A DNA stretch of 32,000 nt from contig NC_003902.1 of assembly GCF_000007145.1 (NCBI RefSeq), forward strand, positions 2,576,497 through 2,608,496. Direction: 5' to 3'. This document shows positions 18,458 to 26,419 of this stretch, one piece after another. The notes below the pieces were generated by a model. That model was not told where the DNA came from, searched no databases, and saw only the letters and a list, made by a program, of their open reading frames with translations. Every line of letters begins with the position of its first letter. Position 1 is the stretch's first letter. The translations under genes were made by a program, and so were the position numbers. The DNA comes from Xanthomonas campestris pv. campestris str. ATCC 33913. Its GTDB lineage: Bacteria; Pseudomonadota; Gammaproteobacteria; Xanthomonadales; Xanthomonadaceae.

Positions 18458-21400
18458 TGCGCGGCCCGTTCGGCCCGCCGCACCGCGCTCGGCACGTCGA
18501 TCTGCACGGAGGCCGGCAACTGCTGGATGCGCAACTCGCCATTCTCCCACTGCACCGCCTCGCCATTGATGCTGGCCTTGCCCGGTTCGCCCTGATACGG
18601 CCAGGCAAACACCACGCCGCCGGGCGGCAGGATCAGGCCGGGCTGCAGCTGCAGCACCAGCTGCTTGTCGGTGCGCTGCAAGGTGTAGTTGAGGCGGCCA
18701 TAGGGCGTGCGCAGCTCGGCAATGCCAATGCCCTTGCCGTCGAACCAACGCGTTGGCGTGCCGGCGGCAATCACCAGGCTGGCGTCGGCCTCGCGCCCGT
18801 AGGCAAACATGTCCAGCACCGAGCGCACGAAGTCCGAAGCCACCCATGCATGCGGTAGGTCGCCAACGAAGAACGGCGTGCGCGGCGTACGCGAGACCAC
18901 TTCGGCCCACTGGTTCCAGGGCTGCGGCGCGCGGTCCTTGAAGAAGAACGCGGTGGCATCCCAGGCGCGGTCGCGCCAGCCCAGGCGCACGAATGCAGCC
19001 ACGTTGCGCCATTCGTACGGCGTGTAGTCCTTCCATTCGCGCTTGCTGTCGCGGCGATCGGTGAATTCCTTCCAGTACCGCTCGAAGGTGTTGTTCAACA
19101 GCTCCGGCGGCAGGCGCTGCTGCTCGCCACCGGGCGCCAGCGCGATGGTGGTGGAGGTTGCATCGAAGTCGCCCAGTTCCGCCGAACCGGGCAGGAAATC
19201 CAGCTGATGCTGGCGTACCGCCGCCGCCAGCGAGGCGGTGAGATCGCCGCTGAATTCGTCGCGGGCGGTGCTGAAGCGCGCAACCTCGTCGGGCTTGTCC
19301 AGCGCACCGGCCAACATCACCGCGTCCTTGTAGCCGCGCAGCGCCCAGAAGTTGTCCCAATACGAATGCACCGGCTTGGCCGAATAGCCTTCGTGGCTGA
19401 TCGACACCGGCATCATTCCGTAGAAAGCCGGGTTACGCATGAAGTTGTCTTCGGTGCGCTCGCTGGCGCGCAGCTTTTCCATGTAGTCGTACGCGCCGAG
19501 CACGTGCGGCCACATCTTTTCCAGGAACGGCTTGTCGCCGGTGTAGCGGTAGTACTCGGCGACGTTGAAGATCAGCTCGCCATGGCTGTCGTTTTCCGGC
19601 ACCGGGTCGCTGCCACGGTCGTCCACGCAGCACGGCACCATGCCGTCGGCAAATTGATACGGCGCAAACCAGTCGACGTAGTCACGCACCACGTCTTCGC
19701 GGCCGAGCCGCAGCAGGCCTTCGGAAATCATGGCGCCGTCGCGGATCCAGCTGCGCGAATATGAGCGCGTGCCCGGCTGCAGGCGCGGGCCGATGCGCGA
19801 GATCAGCATGTGCGCTAACGCGGTACGCAGCGTATCGACAACCGGCTTGCCTTCGGCCGGCACGCTGATGCGCACGCGATCGAGCTTGCCGCGCCACTGC
19901 TGGGCCACTTGCTGCTGCGCCTTGTCGGCATCGAAGCCGGCCGGCAGCTGCGCGCTGCCGGTCTGCGGAATGACCAGCGCAACCTCGCGGCTCTGGCCCG
20001 GCTCCAGCTTCCAGCGATACACCAGCACGCCCGAGGCCAGCCCGGTTTCGTCCTTGACCTGCGTGGTTGTGGGCAGCGTCGCGGCGGTGAGATGGGTGAC
20101 ATCCATGCCGCTGTCGAAGGCGCTGGCGAAGGCGGCATCCGGCCGCTGCGCGGCAAACACGCGCGGCTTGCCGTTGACGTTGACCTGCGCCCCGTCCACC
20201 GACAACTGCTCGATGCGGCTGATGCCGCCCAGGGTGTTGAGGAACTGCGCCGGCGGGTTGACCTGGAACGGCCGTACCGCCAATGCGAGGGTGAACTCGC
20301 GCGCGTCCTTGCCGGTATTGCGCAGCTGATAGCGCGCGACCAACTGTGCCTGATCAGGAGTGCCCTGCACGAAGCCGGTGATGCGCAGGTTCATGAGGTC
20401 GTGGTGCCAGTCGACGCTGGGGATTGGCAGGTAATCGTCCTGCAGGCTTTGTTCGCTGCTGACATCGGCCCAGCGCAACAGCTTGCCGCCGACACTGACG
20501 AACGGCTCCACGCTGAAACCGCCCTTGCCCACTTCCACCGCGCCGTCTTCGCCGATCAGGCCTTGCTCGGTGCCGCCATCCAGGCCGAGGATGGTCCAGT
20601 ACGGTTGCTCGCCGGAAAACCCGCGCGGAAAGTTGCCACGCGGCGATTGCGTCGCCAGCGATTTGATGAAGTCATTCGGCGTCGCGGCGAAGGCCAGCGG
20701 CTGCAGCTGCACTTCCTTGATGCCATAGCGCCAGTTGGGACCATCCTTGAGATCGAAACGCAGGTAGCGCGCCTCGGTATCCGGCAAGGCCAGCCAATCG
20801 GTGCCGCCGGCGCCGGCGATGACCGTGCGCAGGTCGCGCCAGCTACGCCCATCGCTGGACGACCGCACCACGTACTGCGATGCCTGCAGGCCCGGCACCC
20901 ACTGCACGATGGCACCGCCGAACTCGCGCACCTTGCCCAGGTCCAGGGTCACCGTCTGCTGTTTGACTGCGCCGCTGAGCCAGAAGGTGTCCGGCTTGCC
21001 ATCGGCCAGACGCTGCTCCAGCGCCGGTGCGGTGTCGGTAATGGCCTCGGCCTTCAACGGCGAGGTGTCCTCTGGCGGCAACGGGGTCAGGGTCAGGCGG
21101 TCGAAGCACACCGAGCCCTTGCCACCGACCTTGTTGTAGATGGTGAACTCGACATCGGCACTGCTGCGCAACTGCTTGTCCGCGCCTGGGCCCCAGGCCT
21201 TTTCGATGTTGCGCTTGCGGTAGTTGAAGGTGGTCCAGGTCTTGGGGAAAGTGAAGCCCGGCCGGTTGATCCACCACACGTTGTCGCCGCTGGCATCGAT
21301 CAACTTGACCTGCAGATCGTTGGACGGCGACTCGCCGCGTAGCGCAAAGCCAATGCGGTAGTTGTCCGGAAACTCGATCGGCAGGCTGCGGCGGATGCCG

Positions 21401-21618
21401 ACATAGCCAGACACGCCGTTGAAGTTGTAGTCCAGGCACAAGGCGTGGCCGCCGGAGGTGGTTGCTACCGGGCGCAGCGAGCCGCTGACCTGGTTGGAGA
21501 CCACCAGCCGCCACGCGGCGATGTCGTTGAATCCGTCGAGCACGCGCTCCTGCGCCTGTGCCGCACCCGCGGTGGCAACAGCGGCCATGGCAAACAGTCG
21601 CAGGAAAATTGGCTTCAC
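18454..21618 (-). CDS. Large secreted multidomain protein: N-terminal CBM-like beta-sandwich + F5/8 type C (discoidin/CBM32-like) domain + central beta region + putative (alpha/alpha)6 glycoside-hydrolase-like domain
   Basis: 1054 aa from GTG 21618, which overlaps the permease stop as GTGA. The signal peptide is VKPIFLRLFAMAAVATAGAAQA|QE. A discoidin-like segment lies at about aa 190-308 (…DGKPDTFWLSG…QTVTLDLGKVREFGGAIVQW…SQYVVRSSSDGRSWRDL…ARYLRFDL…GIKEVQL). The C-terminal half carries SWIRDGAM (nt 19732-19749), ENDSHGEL and YWDNFWALRGY, reminiscent of six-hairpin glycosidases (GH15-like W-x-RD-A). The catalytic assignment is inference. Confidence 0.8.
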   Translation of the reverse strand: MKPIFLRLFAMAAVATAGAAQAQERVLDGFNDIAAWRLVVSNQVSGSLRPVATTSGGHALCLDYNFNGVSGYVGIRRSLPIEFPDNYRIGFALRGESPSNDLQVKLIDASGDNVWWINRPGFTFPKTWTTFNYRKRNIEKAWGPGADKQLRSSADVEFTIYNKVGGKGSVCFDRLTLTPLPPEDTSPLKAEAITDTAPALEQRLADGKPDTFWLSGAVKQQTVTLDLGKVREFGGAIVQWVPGLQASQYVVRSSSDGRSWRDLRTVIAGAGGTDWLALPDTEARYLRFDLKDGPNWRYGIKEVQLQPLAFAATPNDFIKSLATQSPRGNFPRGFSGEQPYWTILGLDGGTEQGLIGEDGAVEVGKGGFSVEPFVSVGGKLLRWADVSSEQSLQDDYLPIPSVDWHHDLMNLRITGFVQGTPDQAQLVARYQLRNTGKDAREFTLALAVRPFQVNPPAQFLNTLGGISRIEQLSVDGAQVNVNGKPRVFAAQRPDAAFASAFDSGMDVTHLTAATLPTTTQVKDETGLASGVLVYRWKLEPGQSREVALVIPQTGSAQLPAGFDADKAQQQVAQQWRGKLDRVRISVPAEGKPVVDTLRTALAHMLISRIGPRLQPGTRSYSRSWIRDGAMISEGLLRLGREDVVRDYVDWFAPYQFADGMVPCCVDDRGSDPVPENDSHGELIFNVAEYYRYTGDKPFLEKMWPHVLGAYDYMEKLRASERTEDNFMRNPAFYGMMPVSISHEGYSAKPVHSYWDNFWALRGYKDAVMLAGALDKPDEVARFSTARDEFSGDLTASLAAAVRQHQLDFLPGSAELGDFDATSTTIALAPGGEQQRLPPELLNNTFERYWKEFTDRRDSKREWKDYTPYEWRNVAAFVRLGWRDRAWDATAFFFKDRAPQPWNQWAEVVSRTPRTPFFVGDLPHAWVASDFVRSVLDMFAYGREADASLVIAAGTPTRWFDGKGIGIAELRTPYGRLNYTLQRTDKQLVLQLQPGLILPPGGVVFAWPYQGEPGKASINGEAVQWENGELRIQQLPASVQIDVPSAVRRAERAAQ

Positions 21619-22451
21619 CCCTTCACACTCCCCAGCAGAAGACCTTGGATGTAGTAACGCTGCAGCGCCAGGAACAATAGCAGCACCGGAATCACCGTCA
21701 CCACCGCGCCGGCCATCATCAATTCCACGTCCATGATGTGCTCGCGCGACAATGCGGCCAGCGCCACCGGCAAGGTGTATTGCTCCTGGTCGGTCAGCAC
21801 GATCAGCGGCCACATGAAGTCGTTCCACGAGCCCATGAAGGTGAAGATGGTCAAGGTGACAAGCACCGGCTTGAGCATCGGCAGCACGATCTGGAAGAAG
21901 ATCCGCATCTCGCTGGCGCCATCGATGCGTGCCGCTTCGATCAGCTCATCGGGAATGCTGCGCGCGTACTGGCGCACCAAGAAGATACCGAACACGGTGG
22001 CCAGTGCCGGCACCACCACCCCGCCGATGTTGTTGACCAGATGCAGCTGCTTCATCAGCAGGAACAGCGGCAGCATCGCCACCTGCGCCGGGATCACCAG
22101 CGCGGCCATCAGGATCTTGAAGATGCGCTCGCGGCCGATGAACTGCAGCTTGGCAAACGCGTAGCCGGCCATGGTGTTGATCAGCAACGAGCCCAGCGTG
22201 ATCAGCCCCGACACCATCAGGCTGTTGGCGAAGTTGCGCGCCATGCCGGTGCGGGCGAACAGCTCGTGGTAGTTGGCCAGGGTGAACGCCGACGGCAGCA
22301 TCGGCGGCGGAAACCGGCTGGCCTCGCCGGTGGGCATGAACGACACCGACAGCATCCACAACAGCGGCGCCAGGCTGACCAGCGCCAGCAGCAACAACCC
22401 GCCATTGATCAGCAGGCCATTCCAGCGCGATTCGCCCACATCACGACTCAT
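21615..22451 (-). CDS. Carbohydrate ABC transporter permease (MalG/CUT1 type)
   Basis: 278 aa from ATG 22451 (ATGA overlap with the upstream stop), with six hydrophobic segments and the EAA loop IEAARIDGASEMRIFFQIVLPMLKP. The 405-aa track ORF is a 5' over-extension. Confidence 0.9.
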   Translation of the reverse strand: MSRDVGESRWNGLLINGGLLLLALVSLAPLLWMLSVSFMPTGEASRFPPPMLPSAFTLANYHELFARTGMARNFANSLMVSGLITLGSLLINTMAGYAFAKLQFIGRERIFKILMAALVIPAQVAMLPLFLLMKQLHLVNNIGGVVVPALATVFGIFLVRQYARSIPDELIEAARIDGASEMRIFFQIVLPMLKPVLVTLTIFTFMGSWNDFMWPLIVLTDQEQYTLPVALAALSREHIMDVELMMAGAVVTVIPVLLLFLALQRYYIQGLLLGSVKG

Positions 22452-23332
22452 ATCAGGTCCTTCTTGCGCCCGAAGCGCAGCATCACGGTGGTCACGGTCA
22501 GGATGATCAGGAACAGCAGGAACGCCACCGCCGACGCGCGGCCGAGGTTCCACCACTTGAAGCCTTCCTCGAACATGAAATACAGCACGCTCACGGTGCT
22601 TTGCAGTGGGTCGCCGCGGGTCATCACATAGGGTTCGGCGAACAGCTGGAAATAACCGGAGATGGTGATCACACCGACCACCATCAGCACCGGGCCGAGC
22701 ATCGGCAAGGTGATGTGCAGGAACTGCTTCCAGCGCGAGGCACCGTCGATGCGCGCCGCCTCGTAGAGGTCTTGCGGGATCGCCTGCAGGCCGGCCAGGA
22801 AGATCACCATGTTGTAGCCGAAGTTCTTCCACACCGCGAACAGCATGATGGTCGGCATTGCCCAGCGCGGATCACCCAGCCAGTCGATCGGGGCGATGCC
22901 CAGGTGGCTCAGGCCGAAATTCACCAGGCCGTACTTGATGTGGAACAGGTAGCGCCAGATCACCGCGACTGCCACCAGCGTGGTGACCACCGGCGCGAAC
23001 AACGCGGTGCGGAACAAGGCCTTGAACCGCGAAGCCTTGGCATTGAGCAGCAGCGCCGCGCCCAGCGACACCGCGATGGACATCGGTACGCCCAGCAGCA
23101 CGAAGTAGGTGGTATTCCACAGCGACTTCCAGAACAGCGGCGTCTGCAGCAGCTCGATGTAGTTGCCCAGGCCGACGAAGCGCAGATGGCTGCTGTCGGC
23201 CAGTGCGTACAGGTCGAAGTCGGTGACGCTGAGCACCAGCGCGGCGAACACCGGCACGCCGAAGAACATGCCCAGCACCAGGATCGACGGCGCGGCGAAG
23301 ACCCAGCCGGCCACGGAGTTGCGCTTCATCAT
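22448..23332 (-). CDS. Carbohydrate ABC transporter permease (MalF/CUT1 type)
   Basis: 294 aa with the EAA loop LYEAARIDGASRWKQFLHITLPMLGP. Its start ATG overlaps the SBP stop (ATGA). Confidence 0.9.
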   Translation of the reverse strand: MMKRNSVAGWVFAAPSILVLGMFFGVPVFAALVLSVTDFDLYALADSSHLRFVGLGNYIELLQTPLFWKSLWNTTYFVLLGVPMSIAVSLGAALLLNAKASRFKALFRTALFAPVVTTLVAVAVIWRYLFHIKYGLVNFGLSHLGIAPIDWLGDPRWAMPTIMLFAVWKNFGYNMVIFLAGLQAIPQDLYEAARIDGASRWKQFLHITLPMLGPVLMVVGVITISGYFQLFAEPYVMTRGDPLQSTVSVLYFMFEEGFKWWNLGRASAVAFLLFLIILTVTTVMLRFGRKKDLI

Positions 23333-24675
23333 CGGGCAGCTCCTTCAGCCGCTGCATTCGCCGGCGCAGGCATCGGCGTGGCCGGTGCGGCCGCCGGGCC
23401 GACATGCCCGCCTTCCTGTTCGTAGATCCAGCGGCGCTTGGCCAGAATCTCGTCCACGCGTTTGTCCAATTCCTGCACGGCGTCCTCGTGCGATTGCCCG
23501 CCGCGCACCACGCGCTCGGTCACCAGGCGCATCTCCTGCACGATGCGCTCCCACTCCAGCACCTTCGGCGTGGCCTTGACCCGCTCGAGCTGGTCGCCGA
23601 AGGCATGCGCCAGCTCGTCATTGGCCAGCGACGGCAACTTCCAGGTGCTGCGGCGCGGCGGCAGGTCGCCGATGATGGCGTGGAAGCGCGCCTGCACGGT
23701 CGGCTGGGACAGATATTCGATCAGCTTCCAGGCGGCGTCCTTGTGCTGGGACGACTTGAAGATCACCAGGCTGGAGCCACCCGCAATGCCGGCACCCAGG
23801 CCGTTGGGGCCCGGCAACGGCGCGGTGCCCCACTTGCCTTCCATGCCCGGCGGCTGGCGCAGCTTGAACTCGCGCACGTTCCAGGGCCCGGACAGGTAGA
23901 ACGCGTAGTAGCCGTTGAAGAATTCGTACCAAACGTTGGAGACCTGGGTCTCGGAGACCTTGGGTGCCCAGCCCTTCTGGTACATGGTGTCGTAGAAGCC
24001 CAGCGCCTTGCGGAAGCCTTCTCCACGGAAGTTGCCGTAGTTATCGTGGTCGCGTAGCAGGCGGTCGTCCTGCTGCAGCGCAAACGACAGCTGCTGCTCG
24101 AACTCGTTGAGCGGCATCAGGATGGCGTAGCGGTCCGGGCCGACATGGCGCTTGATCGCCGCCATCACCTGCTCCATCTCCGCCCAGGTCTTGGGCATCT
24201 CGGTATAGCCGGCTTCGCGCAGCAAATCCTTGCGATAGAACAACAGGCGCGTGTCCACGTACCACGGCACCCCGTACAAGGTGCCGTCGACCAGATTGGT
24301 GTCCCATACGCCGGGGAAGTAGTCCTTGGGATCGACGATGCTCGAGCGCGCCACATACGGCTGCATCGGCTCCAGCGTGTCCAGCAGCGCGAATTCCGGC
24401 AGCCAGGTGTTGCCGAGCTGGCACACATCCGGCAGCCCATCGGCGGCGAAGGCGGTGAGCAGCTTTTCGTGCGCGGCCGTCATCGGGATGTTCTGCACAT
24501 CCACCTTGATGCCGGGATTCTGCCGCTCGAACTCATCCACCAGCTCGGCCACCACCTCCGCTTCCTTGCCCATCGCCCAGAAGCGCACGGTGGTCTGGCC
24601 CTGCTCGGAACGTTCACATCCCGCCGCACCCAGACACAGTGCGGCGGCCATCATCATCAGTTTCAAAAGGCGCAC
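23329..24675 (-). CDS. Extracellular solute-binding lipoprotein of a sugar ABC importer (family 1 SBP)
   Basis: 448 aa from GTG 24675, 3 nt after the upstream stop. It has a lipoprotein signal (M)RLLKLMMMAAALCLGAAG|C and an SBP_bac_1-like core (…TVRFWAMGKEAEVVAELVDEFERQNPGIKVDVQNIP…WYVDTRLLFYRKDLL…). The C-terminus is an Ala/Pro-rich tail. Confidence 0.9.
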   Translation of the reverse strand: MRLLKLMMMAAALCLGAAGCERSEQGQTTVRFWAMGKEAEVVAELVDEFERQNPGIKVDVQNIPMTAAHEKLLTAFAADGLPDVCQLGNTWLPEFALLDTLEPMQPYVARSSIVDPKDYFPGVWDTNLVDGTLYGVPWYVDTRLLFYRKDLLREAGYTEMPKTWAEMEQVMAAIKRHVGPDRYAILMPLNEFEQQLSFALQQDDRLLRDHDNYGNFRGEGFRKALGFYDTMYQKGWAPKVSETQVSNVWYEFFNGYYAFYLSGPWNVREFKLRQPPGMEGKWGTAPLPGPNGLGAGIAGGSSLVIFKSSQHKDAAWKLIEYLSQPTVQARFHAIIGDLPPRRSTWKLPSLANDELAHAFGDQLERVKATPKVLEWERIVQEMRLVTERVVRGGQSHEDAVQELDKRVDEILAKRRWIYEQEGGHVGPAAAPATPMPAPANAAAEGAAR

Positions 24676-24678
24676 GGA

Positions 24679-26316
24679 TTACTCGGGTTTGGGGCGTTGC
24701 GAGGAGTGTTGCCGCTGCGACGGGTCCTGCTGCGCCTGGGCAGCGGCCGCACGCGATTCGGCCATGCCCAGCGCGCGCGCTGCGGCGGCCTGCTCGTCCT
24801 TCTTGGGCAGCGGCTGCGGCTCGCCGTCGGGCGTGAGCCAGCCACCGGTGAAGCCGGCGCGTTCCAGGCCGGTACGGATGTAGGCGTTCTTCTTCATCAC
24901 GTTCCAGACAAATTCGTTCTGGTAGTTGGCGATCATCGCCAGGATCGGGCCCTGGTCGATGGCGATGTAGTCGCTGGCCACCCAGCCACGGTCCGGCACC
25001 ATGCGCCCGGTCTTGAGCGGGATGTCGTAGTTGAAGCTGGGGTTGAACGAATCCAGGAAACCATAGCTCGAATACAGGAAGTCGCCATAGCGCTTGTGCA
25101 TCTCTTCGGTGGCCGGAATCACCACCTCCGGTGCGAACACGATCGAGGAAATCGCCGCGGTTGGCGCGATGGTGCCGTCGTCGAAGTTCTCGCGCAGGCC
25201 GGCGCCGCGTGAAGAGTAATGGCGGAACTGGCGCTGCTCGCCGCGGTATTCCTGGCTGGTGTTCTGCGGGCCGTCGCCGGCGGTGAGGCCCCAGACGTTT
25301 TCGCCATAGTCCTTCCACTTCATCGGGTTATCGATGGCGTAGTCGCGCTGGGCCAGCGTGGCGCGGCGGCTGTTGAGGAAGTAGTCGATGCCGCGCTCGC
25401 GCATGTACTGGTCCTGGATATCGCGGAAGTCGATCCAGACATGGCTGTACTGGTGGCCGAACATCGGGCCGAAGGACAGGTATTCCTGGCCCTGGTAGAC
25501 GCCCCAGTCGTTGTTGTAGGTGCGGGTCCAGACCGTCCACGCATCCGGCTCCACGCCGTGCGTGGGCGAGCCGAGCGCCAGGATGTACAGCATCATGGCT
25601 TCGTTGTAGCCCATCCAGTCGTGGTCGATGAAGCCGCTCTCGGGGAACCAACCCATCGAGATCAGCGGCGCCCGCTGCTGCAGCCAGCGCCAGTCCACAC
25701 GCTTGTACAGCGTGTCGGCGATCTGGCGGATTTCCTTTTCGCGCGGGTCGTCACCGTCGTAGTACGACTGGGTGAACAGCACGCCCATCATCAGCAGCGC
25801 GGTGTCCACGCTCGACAGCTCGACCCAGCTGTCATAGCGGTTGCCCTGCTGCATATCCAGAAAGTGATAGTAAAAGCCCTTGTAGCCGGCCTTACCGGTC
25901 CGCTGCGGCCCCATCGGCGCATCGCGGAAGAATTTGAGGGTGGTCAAGGTGCGGTCGATCGCCTGATTGCGGCTGACCCAGCCGTTCTCGATACCGATCG
26001 GATACGCGGTGAGCGCAAAGCCCACCGAGGCGATGCTGGCGAACGGACGCGAGGGAAACCGGTCCGGCGACAGCCCATTGAGTTCGTTGGTGGTGTCCCA
26101 GAAAAACTGGAAGGTGCGGCGTTCGATATCGGAAAACAGCGGCGGCAGCGGCGGCTTGACCGGCTTGGGCGGAATCTGTGCTTCCACCAGGATCACTTTC
26201 ACGGGTGCCTTCTTTTCAGCCACCTTGGGCTCCTCGGCCTGTTTGCAGGACGCCAGCAACAGCGCCCCCACCATCAGTGGAACTGCCAGCCAACGCGATG
26301 TCTTACCCCTGTTCAT
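24679..26316 (-). CDS. Lipoprotein of the PF10091 'glucoamylase-like' / CAZy GH144 family (predicted beta-1,2-glucanase-type enzyme)
   Basis: 545 aa from ATG 26316, preceded by GGGGGGCGG. The lipoprotein signal is MNRGKTSRWLAVPLMVGALLLAS|C. The conserved blocks are those I associate with the DUF3131/GH144 (alpha/alpha)6 fold: FFWDTTNELNGLSPDRFPS, SVGFALTAYPIG, GFYYHFLD, MGYNEAMMLYILALGSP, FGHQYSHVWIDFR, WGLTAGDGP and DGTIAPTAAISSIVFAPE. The upstream GTG 26352 would place the LacI operator inside the coding region and is rejected. Confidence 0.8.
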   Translation of the reverse strand: MNRGKTSRWLAVPLMVGALLLASCKQAEEPKVAEKKAPVKVILVEAQIPPKPVKPPLPPLFSDIERRTFQFFWDTTNELNGLSPDRFPSRPFASIASVGFALTAYPIGIENGWVSRNQAIDRTLTTLKFFRDAPMGPQRTGKAGYKGFYYHFLDMQQGNRYDSWVELSSVDTALLMMGVLFTQSYYDGDDPREKEIRQIADTLYKRVDWRWLQQRAPLISMGWFPESGFIDHDWMGYNEAMMLYILALGSPTHGVEPDAWTVWTRTYNNDWGVYQGQEYLSFGPMFGHQYSHVWIDFRDIQDQYMRERGIDYFLNSRRATLAQRDYAIDNPMKWKDYGENVWGLTAGDGPQNTSQEYRGEQRQFRHYSSRGAGLRENFDDGTIAPTAAISSIVFAPEVVIPATEEMHKRYGDFLYSSYGFLDSFNPSFNYDIPLKTGRMVPDRGWVASDYIAIDQGPILAMIANYQNEFVWNVMKKNAYIRTGLERAGFTGGWLTPDGEPQPLPKKDEQAAAARALGMAESRAAAAQAQQDPSQRQHSSQRPKPE

Positions 26317-26330
26317 CCGCCCCCCACTCG

Positions 26331-26344
26331 TGTAATCGATTACA
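26331..26344. promoter_or_regulatory. LacI-family operator O1, perfect 14-bp palindrome TGTAATCGATTACA
   Basis: Exact self-complementary 14-mer that fits the LacI/GalR consensus TGnAAnCGnTTnCA at all 10 specified positions. It lies 15-28 nt upstream of the GH144-like start codon. Its left half TGTAAT doubles as a -10-like hexamer on either strand. Confidence 0.6.
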
Positions 26345-26381
26345 TCTCGCACGCAAACCTACCCTATCCGGGCGCCGACTT

Positions 26382-26411
26382 CGACCGTCCTGGCACCTGC
26401 CAGGACGGTCG
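26382..26411 (-). terminator. Strong GC hairpin just after the TBDR stop (terminator/attenuator or mRNA-processing structure, no U-tract)
   Basis: CGACCGTCCTGGCA-CC-TGCCAGGACGGTCG, with 14 complementary positions (about 11-12 bp of effective stem and a 4-6 nt loop). It starts 9 nt downstream of the TAA at 26420-26422. On the minus strand AAGTCGGCGCC follows, with no U run. Confidence 0.45.
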
Positions 26412-26419
26412 CGTGCTCC

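Noticed and set aside
18458-19360. 5' extension of the EEP ORF (613-aa version, 17519..19360), and similar long versions of other genes (21615..22832, 18454..21828, 26420..29539, 29505..30557, 10039..11949, 9638..9997)
   Set aside because: The extensions overlap the upstream genes by hundreds of nt and lack family similarity. They also destroy otherwise perfect N-terminal signal peptides or HTH motifs. Internal starts with an RBS or a 4-nt coupling overlap fit much better.
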